Assembly: GCA_963845755.1 (NCBI GenBank)
Contig: CAWJTV010000034.1
Span: 544,001 to 608,000, forward strand
Source: an uncultured Planctomycetota bacterium
GTDB lineage: Bacteria > Planctomycetota > Planctomycetia > Isosphaerales > Isosphaeraceae
Reading direction: 5' to 3'
Length of the DNA stretch: 64,000 nucleotides
Position 1 is the stretch's first letter, and every line of letters starts with the position of its first letter. Of this stretch, positions 1-12,415 are shown one piece after another. The notes below the pieces were generated by a model that worked only from the letters and a program-made list of their open reading frames with translations, did not search any database and was not told the DNA's origin. The position numbers and the translations under genes were made by a program.

Positions 1-516
1 CGAGTTCCGCTGCCCGTCGAAGGATCCGACGGCGTACTCCAGCCGTTTCTCGAACAGGCTCCCCCACCCCATGAAGCCGAAGCGGCGGTTGCCCTCGAAG
101 TTGGTGGCGAACAGCGACCGCTCGGGGGCGAGCAGGTGCCAGACGTGGACTCGGTACCATTCATAGGTGAAGGGGGTCTTGTAGCGGCCGAGCCGGAGCT
201 GGAACCCGTCGCTAAATCGGTAGTTGAGGTAGCTATCCAGCAGGTTGAGAGTGGCGTAGGTCTGCTGGAACGAGAACTCGTAGGAGATGGGCCGGATCAG
301 GTTGCCTTCGAAGTAGAAGCGGGTCCGCGGGTTGAAGATGCCGCTGCTGGCGAATTCCTGGTTGGAGTTGGCATAGATCCGCGCGTCGAGCTGCTGGAGC
401 GCGCGGACGCCGAAGGTGATCTCGTTGTCCTCGGTACCCCAGCGGAACCCGTCGTTGGCGAAGTCGTACGTTCCGCCCAGCAAGGGGATCCTGCCGCGCT
501 GGCGATTGCCCACAAG
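1..516 (-). CDS. OprO/OprP-like phosphate-selective porin family protein; partial (runs off the window start; 5' end truncated at the IS630)
   Basis: Manual minus-strand translation GNRQRGRIPLLGGTYDFANDGFRWGTEDNEITFGVRALQQLDARIY...PRTRFYFEGNLIRPISYEFSFQQTYATLNLLDSYLNYRFSDGFQLRLGRYKTPFTYEWY...PERSLFATNFEGNRRFGFMGWG; the G..KTPF..E and ERS motifs are typical of OprO/P porins. Absent from the ORF track because it has no stop in the window. Confidence 0.7.
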
Positions 517-1748
517 CTAGTGCTTTGTCACAGCTAAAAATTGGGGTTGGGGAAACCTCCGCGACCGTGGATGATACGGGGAACAAGGAGGCCCCCATGA
601 ACAAGAAGTACATTGTCCGGCTTACGGCTGAGGAACGGGACGAGTTGGCGGCCGTGATCAAGAAGTTGAAGGGAACCAGCGAGAAGGTTCGAACGCGCCC
701 AGATCCTGTTCAAGGCCGATGCGGACGGTCCGAACTGGACCGATCGTCGCATCGCCGAGGCGTTCGGATGCCGAACGCAGACCGTCGAGAACATTCGTCA
801 GCGTCTCGTGGAGTACGGCTTTCGAGAGGCATTGGACCGCAGCAGGCACAGATGCCGCCGGTCGAGAAGCGACTCAACGGCGAACAGGAGGCGAAGATCA
901 TCGCCACACGGCTCGGGTCACCGCCCCCGGGTTATGCCAACTGGACGCTGCGGCTCTTAGCTCGAAAGGTGGTGGAACTGGGGATCGTCGAAACCGTCAG
1001 TTACGAGACGGTGCGGCGGACTCTGAAAAAAAAACGGGATGACCAACCGCAAGATCGAGTACTGGGTCATCCCGCCCGAGGCTGACGGTGAGTTCGTGGC
1101 CCACATGGAAGAGGTGCTGGAGACCTACGCCAAGCCTTACGACTCGATGCGGCCGATCCTGTCCATGGACGAACAGCCGGTGCAATTGCTGAAGGAGTCC
1201 CGCGTGCCGATCCCTGCCACGCGCCGACACGCCAAGCGCGTCAACTACGAATACGAGCGTGCCGGGACGGCGAACATCTTTATGTTCACCGAGCCGCTGG
1301 CGGGCTGGCGCGAGGTGGCCGTCCGGGATACCAAGACCGAAGGTTGACTGGGCGATCGAGATGGCCGCGCTGTTGGAGGGCCGTTATGCCAGTGCCGAGC
1401 GAGTGATCGTGGTATGCGACAACTTGAACACGCACACCAAGGGTGCCTTCTACGAAGTCTTTGCACCGCCCCGTGCTCGCCAGTTGGTCCGCCGCATCGA
1501 GTTCTGCTACACCCCCAAGCACGGCAGTTGGCTGAACATCGCCGAGAACGAGCTCAGCTCGTTGACGCGGCAGTGTATAGCCGGCCGCCGCTTCGGTGAT
1601 GCCCAGGCGCTGCGCGAGTGGAGACCACCGCTTGGTCAACCGACGTCAACAGCACCCAGCGCGGAGTGGATTGGCAGATGAAGATCGACGATGCCCGCTC
1701 CAAATTGAAGTCGATCTACCCCAAAATTAAGCTGTGACAGAGCACTAG
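517..1748 (+). mobile_element. IS630-family insertion sequence
   Basis: 30-bp imperfect inverted ends (ctagtgctttgtcacagctaaaaattgggg at 517-546 vs the reverse complement of 1719-1748, 26/30 matches) with CTAG/TA at both termini, enclosing a transposase. Confidence 0.9.
597..1737 (+). CDS. IS630 transposase (HTH OrfA + DDE OrfB), split by an A-run slippery site near 1026-1034 and further indels
   Basis: MNKKYIVRLTAEERDEL...WTLRLLARKVVELGIVETVSYETVRRTLKK, then MDEQPVQL..YEYERAGTANIFMFTEPLAGWR and VCDNLNTH..YTPKHGSWLNIAENELS (DDE triad); ends KSIYPKIKL-TGA. Confidence 0.88.
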
Positions 1749-2449
1749 TGCCATTCGTCGGATCGACCGAAGCAGGGTTTCCGAGAGGTGATGTTGGACG
1801 GCGACTGTCGGTCTGATCGGCGTTACCTCGAAACCCGTGCATCATTGGCGGTGGCCCTGTCTACTACGCCCCGACTCACCGAGCTCGAACGCCTGGCCGG
1901 CCCGTCCGCGCCATGCTCGTCGCGCCACATCATTTGACCAATTTCACTTCGCCGCTTTTCACCGCGTGCCGAGCTGGATGCCGGTATGCGCTGCTTTTTC
2001 GAATCTGCCCCAGATCTTCAAATGGCTCTGCCTTCCTGATCGAATGTCACTCTGATTACGCGATCGGTATCAGAGTTCGACTACGCGGAAATCGGGGCGC
2101 GAATACTCGAATGATTTTGTCCGAGATCAACCCGATTTGGCGATGTTTAGAATAGCCGGAACACCGATCCGCGCCGGGACAATCACCACCGAGGACTTGA
2201 CTGCCTCGATGGATTTACGGTGACCTCGCGCACAGCTTGATTCTTGATATGTCGTTCCGAGATTACGAACGTGATCAGAGGTTCCGTTCGTTGACGGGCG
2301 AGCTGGCAAGTTCCGGACGGGTGTCAGGATCTAACCAGGTACGTCAGTGCGCTGGACGGTGGACCTGACGACAACGTCCCCCCCTTCAGCGACCGACCCA
2401 ACCCCAGGCCAGGCCCAAAGTTGGGGCGGACCCTACTAAATCAGGAGGG

Positions 2450-2674
2450 CTAATGCATGTCCGCGTGTGGTCGAGGGGCTGACGCCTCGGCTACGTTCTG
2501 ACGTCTTGTTCGGGGCCTGAGGATGACTTCCCGCATAGCCTCCGAGAGCCGAAGGGCTTCTTGGGCCCGAACCTCCAACTCGAACGGCTCGGCATCGGAT
2601 CTCACCGAGACGCAGACGAAGTTAGGACCAAACCGGCCGGCGAGAACAGACGGCGGCAGGTTGCGATTCATCAA
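2450..2674 (-). CDS. small hypothetical protein
   Basis: 74-aa ORF with a plausible composition and no recognised motif. Confidence 0.3.
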   Translation of the reverse strand: MMNRNLPPSVLAGRFGPNFVCVSVRSDAEPFELEVRAQEALRLSEAMREVILRPRTRRQNVAEASAPRPHADMH

Positions 2675-2844
2675 CCACCCACTCGACTTACTTAGACTTC
2701 GGTTTTTTCCTCGGCGTTCTGATTAACTCTGGAGCAGCTGCACTCTGGCTCGGCAACTACGAATTTTGGCGTCTTGGACCTTCGGAATTCGAATGGCACA
2801 ACGACCAGAGTGTCTGCAGAGGATTGAGTTGGACGGGAGGGTCA

Positions 2845-3141
2845 ATGATGAGAGGACAGCAGTTCGATCCCCTGGCGTTACGGGTGCGAGAGGTCCGGCG
2901 GAAGTTGTACGGCGAACGGGGGGCACCCCTGCTGGCGGAGGACCTGGAACTGCCCGCTCGTACCTGGCTGAATTACGAGTCGGGCGTCGTCATCCCCGCC
3001 ACAGTGATTCTCCGCTTCATCGACCTTACGGGAGTGGAGCCTCGCTGGCTTCTCACTGGCCAGGGGGACGCTATGCAACAGCTTCCCGCGTTGAGGATTG
3101 GGCGTCCCGCAGGGCCTCCACCTCAGGTAGCCGGAGCATGA
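2845..3141 (+). CDS. XRE/Cro-like helix-turn-helix protein
   Basis: [65 protein letters not shown] matches the XRE pattern (..YESG...P....WLLTG.G); GGGAGG lies upstream of ATG 2845. Confidence 0.75.
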   Translation: MMRGQQFDPLALRVREVRRKLYGERGAPLLAEDLELPARTWLNYESGVVIPATVILRFIDLTGVEPRWLLTGQGDAMQQLPALRIGRPAGPPPQVAGA

Positions 3142-3331
3142 ACTCCTCGGCTTCGTTGATGAGGAACCAACTCCCGCACTCCATGCAGGTGCCGAGCAGG
3201 TGGTCGGGCGACCGCTCGTCGGGTTGATGGATCAAGAGGAGGCCATCGCAGATCGGGCATTCGCTACCCGAGTGATCCAGGAGACCAGATGTCAGCCGGA
3301 TCAGGTCCAAACTGAATAGAATCGAGGTCAT
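3071..3331 (-). CDS. small Zn-ribbon protein
   Basis: [32 protein letters not shown] has two CxxC pairs. Confidence 0.6.
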   Translation of the reverse strand: MTSILFSLDLIRLTSGLLDHSGSECPICDGLLLIHQPDERSPDHLLGTCMECGSWFLINEAEEFMLRLPEVEALRDAQSSTREAVA

Positions 3332-3893
3332 CGGCGAGCCCCATATGGATTAAGCTGGCAGCCTAGCCAACCAAAGGCTTCGGACGAGATATAATTTAGG
3401 CCAGGCAACGTCGAAATGTCACGCTATTTTCTGTCGGATTTGCAAGAATCAGTCGTGCTCCTCATCGTGCATGCCATAAGTCATGTGGCGACTGCCAGTT
3501 AAACAAAGTGCGCCGCTCCGGATTTCGTCCAAGATTAGACTGGACCAATCGGCCGGCCTGATTGGGATCGAGGCTGACTCCACTGCCTCGAAGAAATGGG
3601 CGGGTTAGGCGAGAAGTCCCGAGGCGCGGTACAAATAGCCAGGATCAGGTTCCCGTGTCGGTCGGCGTCGACGATCCGGACCGCTCGAGTCCGATTCGGC
3701 GCCGGGCGCGGCTCCTGATCAAACCGACCGCAAGACGGAAGGTCTGCTCCTCTCTTCGCACACGAAATCCCGCACATCCGCCATGGGATTCACCGGTAAA
3801 TCCCGCGCAGACCTTCGACCCCTTTTTGGTTTGAGTCCAGGGAAGTCCTATAATTTCTATCGAGATAGTACGCGAGGAACCCCTCGGCCTAAC

Positions 3894-4220
3894 ATGATGC
3901 CAGAGGCTGATAGCATGCGTGTCCCCAAACAAGAACTTCCCGATGTGGAATCGATCCGGGAGCGGGCTGGTTGGAATCTGCCAGCCCATTATCGGCTGAT
4001 CGATGTTCGATGCGAGTACGGCTCGATGGCTTTGCCGGGCGTTCCGGATGACTTCCAGATCGTGATCGAGTACGAGAATCTTCTCGAAAAGCCATACCAA
4101 GGCGGCAAGGAGATCGAGTATCACCAGGCCTGGGCGGAACCGCTGGTCTCCAGGATCCGGGAGGAGTGGCCCGCCTCGACATTGCGCATCCTATTGCACG
4201 AGACCGTGGACAGCGCGTGA
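3894..4220 (+). CDS. hypothetical protein
   Basis: Globular-looking 108-aa ORF; TATAAT at 3849-3854 upstream. Confidence 0.5.
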   Translation: MMPEADSMRVPKQELPDVESIRERAGWNLPAHYRLIDVRCEYGSMALPGVPDDFQIVIEYENLLEKPYQGGKEIEYHQAWAEPLVSRIREEWPASTLRILLHETVDSA

Positions 4221-4252
4221 TCTGACGTAGGTCAACAACAATCAAGGCATTG

Positions 4253-5551
4253 TCAGCCCGGATTGAGGATGGACCGCTCCAGACTGGCGAAGTCGTGGGT
4301 GCGTGTGCCCTGACGAAGCGCACCGTCGAGTGCATCGCGAAGCGATTCGCCCAGTCCGCGCTGCCGGATCGCTGCGAGTCGGTCGCGGCATCGGAAATAC
4401 GCGTCAATCACGACGGGGTCCCACTGGGTCCCGGCTCCCTGGCGAAGGATCTCATCGATGCGTTCCGGCGGCATCGCAATGCGATAGGGGCGTGAGGTGT
4501 TCATGGCGTCGAAGCTGTCGGCTACCGCAAGGATGCGTGGGAGCATTGGTATGGCCTCTCCCTTCAGTCCTTCGGGATAGCCGCTACCGTCGTAGCGTTC
4601 GTGGTGATACAGGACTCCGGGCAGCAGATGGGCGATCGCGTGGAGATCCGTCAGGATGCCGTGCCCGATCACCACATGTTGTTGTATGTGTTTGAGCTCG
4701 TCGGAGGTCAGGGGCCCGGACTTGGTGAGGACGTCGTCGCGGATGCCGATCTTCCCGATGTCGTGCAGGAGGCCGGCCAGATAGACGTCGCTCAATTCAT
4801 CCTCGGGCAATCCGAGCGCGCAGCCCAGCTCGACGGCTGTGCGGGCCACGCGCTCGCTATGGCCGTAGGTGTAGGCATCCTTGGCATCGATCGCCGCGGT
4901 CAGCGAGCGGGTCAGGCCGACCAGAAGTTCCTTGATGTGATGGTAGCGGTGATAGGATTGAGCATGGAAGCCCAGGAGCGAGGCAAATGGCATGAGCAGT
5001 GCGGCGTCCCTGCGACGGAATGGGACGATCTGCGGGGTTGTCGATGCGGGCTCGCCGGGCCCCGGGGTCGAACCTCTGCGCGCGGCGGGGTTACCCGGGC
5101 TGCGGCCGGCGACCACCCGATTGTTGAAGGCCAGGATCCATCCTGGCCGCTTCCTGGCCGCGACCGGCACCGCCAGCAGATTCACGTATACGCGAGAACC
5201 GAACCCCCCAGCTCGTTTCTCGAACGTTGTTGATGATGCACATAACCCGATTCCGCGAACAGGCTCGGATCGTTCAGGATGGTGGCGATCTGAGTGCAGT
5301 CCCAGGACGTCAGGAGCGGTTCGCCCTGGAAGACGACTTCCTCATCCTGCTGGGGCGGGATTCCGACGAATGACTGCGCATTCGACCAGCTCGCTGGCGG
5401 CCTGGAGGATGCGCCTTCGCTCCCGGACGGGTTCCTTGTGGATGCTCGTGACACGGTGCAGTCGCTCGAGGCTCATGATCGCCTCCCAGGCGAGCATCGA
5501 CTGGCGGTTCGCCTCGGCGTTCGACGAGTTCCTGATGACGGTGGAATTCAT
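4253..5551 (-). CDS. HD-GYP domain cyclic dinucleotide phosphodiesterase with an N-terminal sensory (GAF-like) region; two frameshifts (near 5370 and 5200)
   Basis: AIDAKDAYTYGHSERVA...LLHDIGKIGI...HHERYDGSGYPEGLKGEAIP..RILAVADSFDAM; ORFs 5342-5551, 5182-5454 and 4253-5185 join into one reading. Confidence 0.85.
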
Positions 5552-5599
5552 GGGTTTCGCGACTCCGCGACGTGATCGGTTGGTTCCACATGACGCTGA

Positions 5600-8500
5600 C
5601 TAAGGCCGCTCGGACGACGAGACGACCCCCTGATCCTGGCTTCGTCCGACCAGGTTCAGGAACCGAGGCTGCCGGCGGATCGCGACGAGGTCGGGGTCCT
5701 GCGCGGCCCGCGAGAGGTCGGCACCTTCGGCCAGGGCCCGATCGAGGAGATCCAGCGACTGGTCCGCGGTCGCGATGGTGCCGAAGACGGCGTAGGCCCT
5801 GGCAGCGACGCAGGCGGCCGCATAGAGCGTAGCCGGGGACCGAGGCTCGCGTTGGAGGCAATGGTTGATCTCGAGGGACGCCGCTTTCCAGTCGCCCTTG
5901 CGAGCCAGCAGGATCGCGCGGTAGCGTCGGGCTTCATTGCGGTTGGGGTCGGCCTCGATGGCGCGGTCGAAGTCCCGGAGGGCGCCCGCATTCTCGTCCC
6001 GGCCCATCGCGATCATGGCGCGTCCATAGAGGGCCTGGGCGTTGCGGGGATCGAAACGCAGGGCATCGTCGAAGGCCGCTCGCGCCCTGACGGCGTCTCG
6101 CGTTGAGATGGCGAAACCGTAAGCCCAGGCCAGCCGCGCACAGGTCGGGGCGGAAGGTGGTCGCCCTCCGCACGCGCGAACCCTCGGGCGAAGGCCGCAT
6201 CGGCCTCTTCATGGCGACCCAGGCCCTCAAGGGCGATGCCGCGGCCGATGGAGGTGATCGCGTCGTTCGCGCCCATGTCTCGCGCCCGATCGAAGTCCCC
6301 TAGCGCCGCGGCATGCTGTTTCAATTCCAGTCGGGCGAGGCCGCGGTTGACGTATGCGGGCACAAGGTCGGGATCCCGCTCGAGGGCGGCCGTGTAGTCC
6401 TGGACGGCCGCGATCTTGCTACCCACTCGGTCGAGCACGCAGCCGCGGTTGAAATAGCCCCAGGAGAATTCCGGCCAGATGCCCGTGCACTGGCCGAAGT
6501 CGCCCGCAGCCTCGATGAGCTCCCCACGCTCCAGGTGGCAGATTCCCCTCTGGACGAGCGACCAGTAATGGCGTGGGTTCAGCCGGAGGGCTTCGTCCAG
6601 CTCGGCAATGGCCGCCCGCAAGGTCTCCGCGCTGCCGCGCCGCACCATTGCAGCCGCGATCAGGTAGTGATCCCGCGCCGTGGTGGCGGGTGTCTCCTCG
6701 GCGCGCCGGCGGGCCAGGGAAGCCCTCTCCGTCTCGCCCCGCAGGGACAAGTAACGGACGCGGTCGAGCCAGAGCGCCCGCGACGGAAGCAGGCCGGGGA
6801 TCGATTCGGCCCGATCGAGGAGCCGCAGCGCCGCGATTGAGGATTCCTTGGTCCCGACGGCCTGACGGACGCGGGCGTCGGCCAGGAGCAGGAGCAGCTC
6901 GCGACGGTCTTCCGCCACGCGGAGTTGCTCCTTCGGTGCGAGCCGGAGCCAGGCGGGGTTCTGCTCCCAATCTGGATCATCGGGGGCGCCGAAAAGGGAG
7001 AGAGTCCGCTCGCAGGCGATGATCCCCGCGCTCAGGTGGTCCTGCATCTCCAGGCGCGTATTGACCAGGCAGAGTGCCTTCAGTACGCCCGCGTCATGAT
7101 CGTGGAGCAGGTCGCGCGCCTGTGCGTCGGCCAGTTGAGAACGGGCGGCCGCCAGTGCCGTGCCAACCGCCAGCAGGATCAGTATCGCCCCGACGGCCAC
7201 GCTGGCCGAGGAGGCCAGCCGCGGGTGCCGGCGCGCGAATTTCCGCAGGCGCTCCAGCCGGCTTAACTCGGGCGCGTACTTGAGGGGGCGATCCTCCAGG
7301 AAGCGGCGCAGGTCGTCGGCCAGATGGTCGGCTTCCTGGTATCGCCGTGACGGCTCCGGGGCCAGGCACTTGCGTGCGATGCTTTCGAGACCCCAGGAAA
7401 GATCCGGCCGATCTCGACGGATCGAAGGGACCGTCTGGCTCCGCTCCGCGGCCATTGCCTTGATTTGCAAGGGGAGCGCGGAGTAGCTCCCGCTCTGGTC
7501 GAACGGTCGGTGGCCGGTGAGCATCTCGGCCAGGACCATTCCCAGTGAATAGATGTCCGATCGGCAATCCACCTGGCCGATCAGCTCCGGCGTTCGTCCA
7601 ACGAGGGCGCGGAGGTGTTCCGGGGCCATGTAGGCCACGGTCCCTCCGATCGTCGCATGCGCCGGGTCGTCGTCCTGGGTCTGAGCGAGGTTGAAGTCGA
7701 GGAGTAGCGGCTGACCCTCGGCACTCATGAGGATGTTGGACGGCTTGATATCGCGGTGGAGGATGCCACGCTGATGGGCATGGTGCAGTCCCTCGGCGAG
7801 CTGAGCCACGATCCAGGCCGCGGCGCGCTCATAACTCATCGTCCGCAGGAGGGACAGGGGAATCGCCGGGTCCTGTCGGCGGGTCGAGGGAAGAGCGTTC
7901 TGCCTTGCTTCCCGCTCGTCCCGCGGCGCTGCTTCCTCGGCCCTCGAGGTGGGTTTGGGCGCCTCGACTGACTCGAGCGCGCGCACGAACGCTTCACCGG
8001 TGACCACACGCCGGGAATCGGTCCAGAGCCTGGCCAGGACCGCGGAGAGGCTCGCCCCACCCAGGTAGGGCATGCAGACGGCCCGGAGGCCCGCGCGGAG
8101 ATCCTCGTGGAGGGAATAGATGGGGACGATATTGGTGTGGAGCAACTGGGCGAGGGTCTGCGGCTCGGTCCCCTCGATATCGCTGACCTTCAAGACGACC
8201 GGTTGACCCGCCAGATCGGCCTGATTCGCCAGGAATACCCGAGCGAAGGCGACTTCTCCGAGCGGACGGCACAGGCGGAATCCGAACACCTCGTCACCCA
8301 CGTCGGGCAGGCGGAGGGGGCATGACGTGCCGTCGTGCTCGCCGCCCATGGAGCGGAGCAGGGTCTCCTTCGCGAGCAGCTTCCCGAACGTCCTCGTCTG
8401 TTCCGGGAATCGTTCGTGATAATCCGAGAGGCTGGTCTCGTGGCCGCGGCGTCGCTTCTGGAAGTAGTCCTCCAGCAGCAGGCTGGCGGCGTCCGGGTCG

Positions 8501-8613
8501 TCGACCGGGTCATTGGGCCATCGGTCGAGGAGCTCCTCGGGCTGGGCCGGTCGGCCCTCGACCCAGCCCGAACGCAGCTCGTCGAGCAATTCCCGCTTGC
8601 GAGCCCTCAGCAT
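5600..8613 (-). CDS. membrane Ser/Thr protein kinase with C-terminal TPR repeats (frameshift near 6150)
   Basis: VVLKVS, HRDIKPSNIL, LLDFNLA, YMAPE and DIYSLG kinase motifs; TM helix VAVGAILILLAVGTALAAA; TPRs (YFNRGC, AYVNRGLA) continue into ORF 5600-6016. Start placed at MLRARKRELL. Confidence 0.88.
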
Positions 8614-8750
8614 CGAGAAGCTCCCCTTCGCGAGCCGTCGGGAATCGCGCGAATCTTCACTCTGATCGTCGAATCCGAGGTCCATAAGATACCGGCAAGC
8701 GAAGAGGTTAGAGTCGTCCTCCGTAGGATCCCTCCGCCTCCGCGCCTCTG

Positions 8751-8832
8751 GGGATTCCGAATTCCGGATTCGCGATTCCGGATTCCCGGATCCTTCCCCT
8801 TCGGGAATCCGGAATCGCGAATCGGGAATCCC
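8751..8832. repeat. intergenic hairpin made of GATTCCG-type heptamers
   Basis: Perfect 22-bp stem 8767-8788 / 8802-8823 with a 13-nt loop, plus flanking heptamer copies. Confidence 0.85.
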
Positions 8833-8906
8833 GATGGGGTTGCGGCCGAAGGCCGCGTTAGGCTTTCCAGCCTGAAGGAACGGGGAGTCAGGCTGGAAGG
8901 CCTCGA

Positions 8907-11900
8907 CTACTGGACTCTGCAACGGGATCGGCGCGAGACGGAATCGGCGAAACCGCCGGCCGGCCACAAGTGCGACATTCGAGCGAAGCGAGGTTGAGGC
9001 ACGAGCGGTCCCTCCGATCGGATCGTCCTCCCCAACACCTTCTTCCTCCACTCTAGGCCGCGAACGGTCGCTCGCGTCCGGAAAGCGGCGGCAAAGATCG
9101 CCCCGGTGATCACCAACCGCGCCACCCAGGTCCCGGTCCCGATTGACTTCTGGTCCCGATCAACGGCCGCGGCCGCCGCCGTCGCGAGTTCGGCACCCGA
9201 GACAAACGATGCCGCCGCGGGAATCTTCGGTCAGGGTGGCCTCGGCCGGATCGATCGGAACCTCCCGCCCGGGTTTGGGTCGAAGGGTATTCGACGGCGA
9301 TGGCTCCGCGGCCAGGAGGTCCCCTGCCGTCCCGGAATCGACCACGGCGCCCGGGGACGGTTCTACGGCACGCGTCGAGGGCTGGTCGAGCGCCTGAATC
9401 GTGACTTTGTCGAAGGGCTGCACCGGCTCGATCCCCTCGCCGTCGCGATCGAACGGCAATACCTGTGTCAGCGTGACCAGATTGAGAGCGAGTCGGCTGA
9501 AAACCGGCGACGTAGACTGGGTCGGTCCAAGGACGAGCTGGATCGTTGTCGCCGACCCTGGACTGGCTTCGCCGCTGTTGGCTCCGCCGAGCGGGCCCAT
9601 GCCCAGGACCGTCAGGCTGCTCGCGGACTGGACCTGTGCCAGGGTCAAAGCGGGTCCCGTAGTGGAATCGACCGGAGAGCCGCTGCCGGAACCGACCAAG
9701 GTCGAGCCTGTCCCTCCGGCTCCGCCGGAAAAGGGGCCCACGATGCTGAAACCGTTCGAGGGCGAAAACCCCGCGCCGCCGGCAACGCCTTCCAGTTGGA
9801 TCTGGAGTGCGGGGGACGGACCGTCCACCAGCGCGGGCGGATTGTCCTGTTGCCCGGAGAGAGCGACGGTCAACTGGTAGGACAGGCCCGGGGACTGGGT
9901 TGGGGACCATCCGCTGACGATGACTGTATAGTCCCCGGCCAGGAGGGGGGCAAAGAAGAGCAGTTGGTCGAACGAGGGCGACAGGTCAATGACCTGCCCA
10001 GAAGCTGCCTCCACGGCTACTCGTATTCCCGCCGGCAGGTCATTGCCGCTCAGCAAGAATGAGTAGCTCTGCGTCTGAAGGAGCTGGATCGCATATTCGT
10101 CCTGCATGGAATACGCCGAAGGATTCGCGGGCGATTCCGTCCCGCGCGTGATGGTCACGCCGGCCTGAAGCTCGTCGGGGAAGAGGACCCCAATCGGCTG
10201 GGCATTCGCCTGGCCGACTTGTGCGACGATCGCGTATCCCTCGGCCATGTTGCCCGAGACCTCGCCGTCGGGCCCATCGACCGTGAAAGGAATTACGTTG
10301 TCGCCACTCGGATCGTTACCGACTAGCGGGTTGCCGCCGAGGTCCATCAAGCCTCCCGGCCCCGAGAGATGCAGCGTGTAGGAGCCATTCGGCAGTCGGT
10401 CGACCATCAGGAACGTGGCCGTGTCAGTGGCAGGGTCGTACGACAGGAAACGCGGATTATACTCTGTTCCGTCCGATCCCTCGACGAAGACCTCGGGGAG
10501 CGACTCCTGACCGGTCATCGTGAACGCCTGGTAGGCAAGCTGCGGGATGTTGACGGGTTCCGAGAATTGCACGGTCATTTGTGTGGGCTCCTGGTCGTAA
10601 ACCTGGCCGCTGGCCGGCGACGAAGTCGCAACTCGCGGTGGCGTCGTGGCCGGCTGTACGAGGAGATTCAGGACGTAAGAGCCGGTGCTCCAGCCGAGCT
10701 GCGCGCTCTGAGCCTGGTTGGGATCGAAGAGGCCGGGACTGCCGGGCGGCTGGTACTCGAGGGGAGAGGGTGTGTTGGAGCCGTCGGCGACGGCGAGGTA
10801 GTAGGTTCCGGCCGTCAGGCCGATGGTCAACGCCGAGTCCGTGAACAAGGGGGTCGAACCGTCGGTGCCCGGGGTCGGATCGAGCGTGTTGTTGTTGCCG
10901 GCGAGGAACACGAGCTGGCCATCGGCGGAGTCGAGCTCCCACAGGCTGATGCCGGGATCCAGGGGCGAGCCGATCCGGCCCGCGAAGGCCTCGGCGAGCA
11001 TCGCGTACCGCCCGGGCCCCTCGACCTGGAATTGATAGAGATCCACCTGGTTGGCCGGGTTGAATTGCGGGTCGGGATCAGTCGGGTTGTAGAACGGATC
11101 GACACCGATGGCGCCGCTGACATGTACGATCCCGGTGCCTGTCACATCGCCCAGATTGCGCACCGTGGCCGCCGTGTCATCCGACGTGGTCGCGCCGGCG
11201 ATACCGTCGATGCCGGCGATCTGGAACGTGATGAACTCATCCGCACCGGCCGGCTGCTGTGCGGACTCACCGAGCGGGACGCCGTCCGGATCGGCCATCA
11301 CGGCCGAATCCGTGCTCGAGTTGCCGGAGAGCTGCACCACGTAATTGCCGGGCCCCAGTGGCGCCAGGGGGAAGAGCTGGAGCTCGTCGGCCGCAGCGGA
11401 GAAATTCACGGAGGCCAGCGCGACGGGACTCCCGGATCCGTCGAAGAGATGGCCATCCGGGTTCGCGAGGAGCTCGACCGTCTGGCCGGGAATGATCGTG
11501 TTAGGATCGAGCGCATTGCTCATCTCCAGCCGGATCGCCAGCGGAGAGCTGTCGAAGACCGAACCTTCCGCGGGATTGGACGAGAGGACCGTGGGACCAT
11601 CACCGGAAAGGCCGAGGTCGGTCGCGTCGATCGTGAGCTCATAATTCCCGGTCGTACCGTCGAAGCCGCTCGCTGCGATCACGGGAGAGAAGTAAAGGTT
11701 CCCCGCGCCGCTGATGGCTACGAAATAATCGCCCGGTCCGAGGTCCTGGCTCTGGTCAGCGATCCCATCCGATGGGTTCGCCTCGACCTGCGTGAGCAAA
11801 CGGTAGCCGTCCACGTCATACGGGTCGCTGAAATCCTGGGGATCGTCGTTAAAGAGGCTGAGAACGCTCGCGAAAGGCGGACTTCCGGCGGGTGTGTTCA

Positions 11901-12222
11901 CCCGGAAATCGACCCGACTGGCGTCGTCCAGATGGAAGTGGAACCAGGTGACGTCCGCGGCCCCAGCCGGACCGTTGCCGATCGAGCCCAGAACGCCCAC
12001 CGGCTGGGTCAACGTGCCGAGATCCTGGGCCAGATCGATCGTCTCGTTCGGCTCAACCGTCAGCATCGGCGCGAGTGATGGCGAGGCATTCAACAGCGCA
12101 CGCACTTCGAGGAACTCGACGGAGAGGCCCGCCATGAGGCCGCGTCGATTCCTCCGTCGGGGGCGAATCGCGAGGGTATTCAGGGTTTTGTCGGTTTCGA
12201 AGGTCAACATCGAGTTGCTCAT
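8907..12222 (-). CDS. large exported/surface protein with PPC-like and Ig-like (Big_5-type) domains and a probable C-terminal TM anchor (frameshift near 9190)
   Basis: Planctomycete-type leader RPRRRNRR...VEFLEVRALL; EPNET, DVTWFHF, LGPGDYFVAISG, PTVLSSNPAEG, LTAGTYYLAV motifs; ORF 8907-9125 (WVARLVITGAIFAAAF) supplies a plausible C-terminus. Confidence 0.7.
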
Positions 12223-12415
12223 AAGATCCCCTGACATGATGAGGACTGACTCGGGGTCTTCGAGATACCCGTCTCCCTTTCTTGAGGCACTCGAGCGATG
12301 CGTGATCAGGAATATGGCCGACCCAGTCGGCCCGTCGCTCCCCGACAAGCCAGGCCCACACGAAGGCCCGCCGGGTCCGGACTTCACGAGAGACCAGATC
12401 GTCTCCGAAAACATC

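Noticed and set aside
8614..9051. N-terminal extension of the kinase ORF
   Set aside because: It reads through the heptamer hairpin (IPDSRFRIP..NPESRIRNSES) and overlaps the upstream gene's likely C-terminus; ATG 8613 is the more plausible start.
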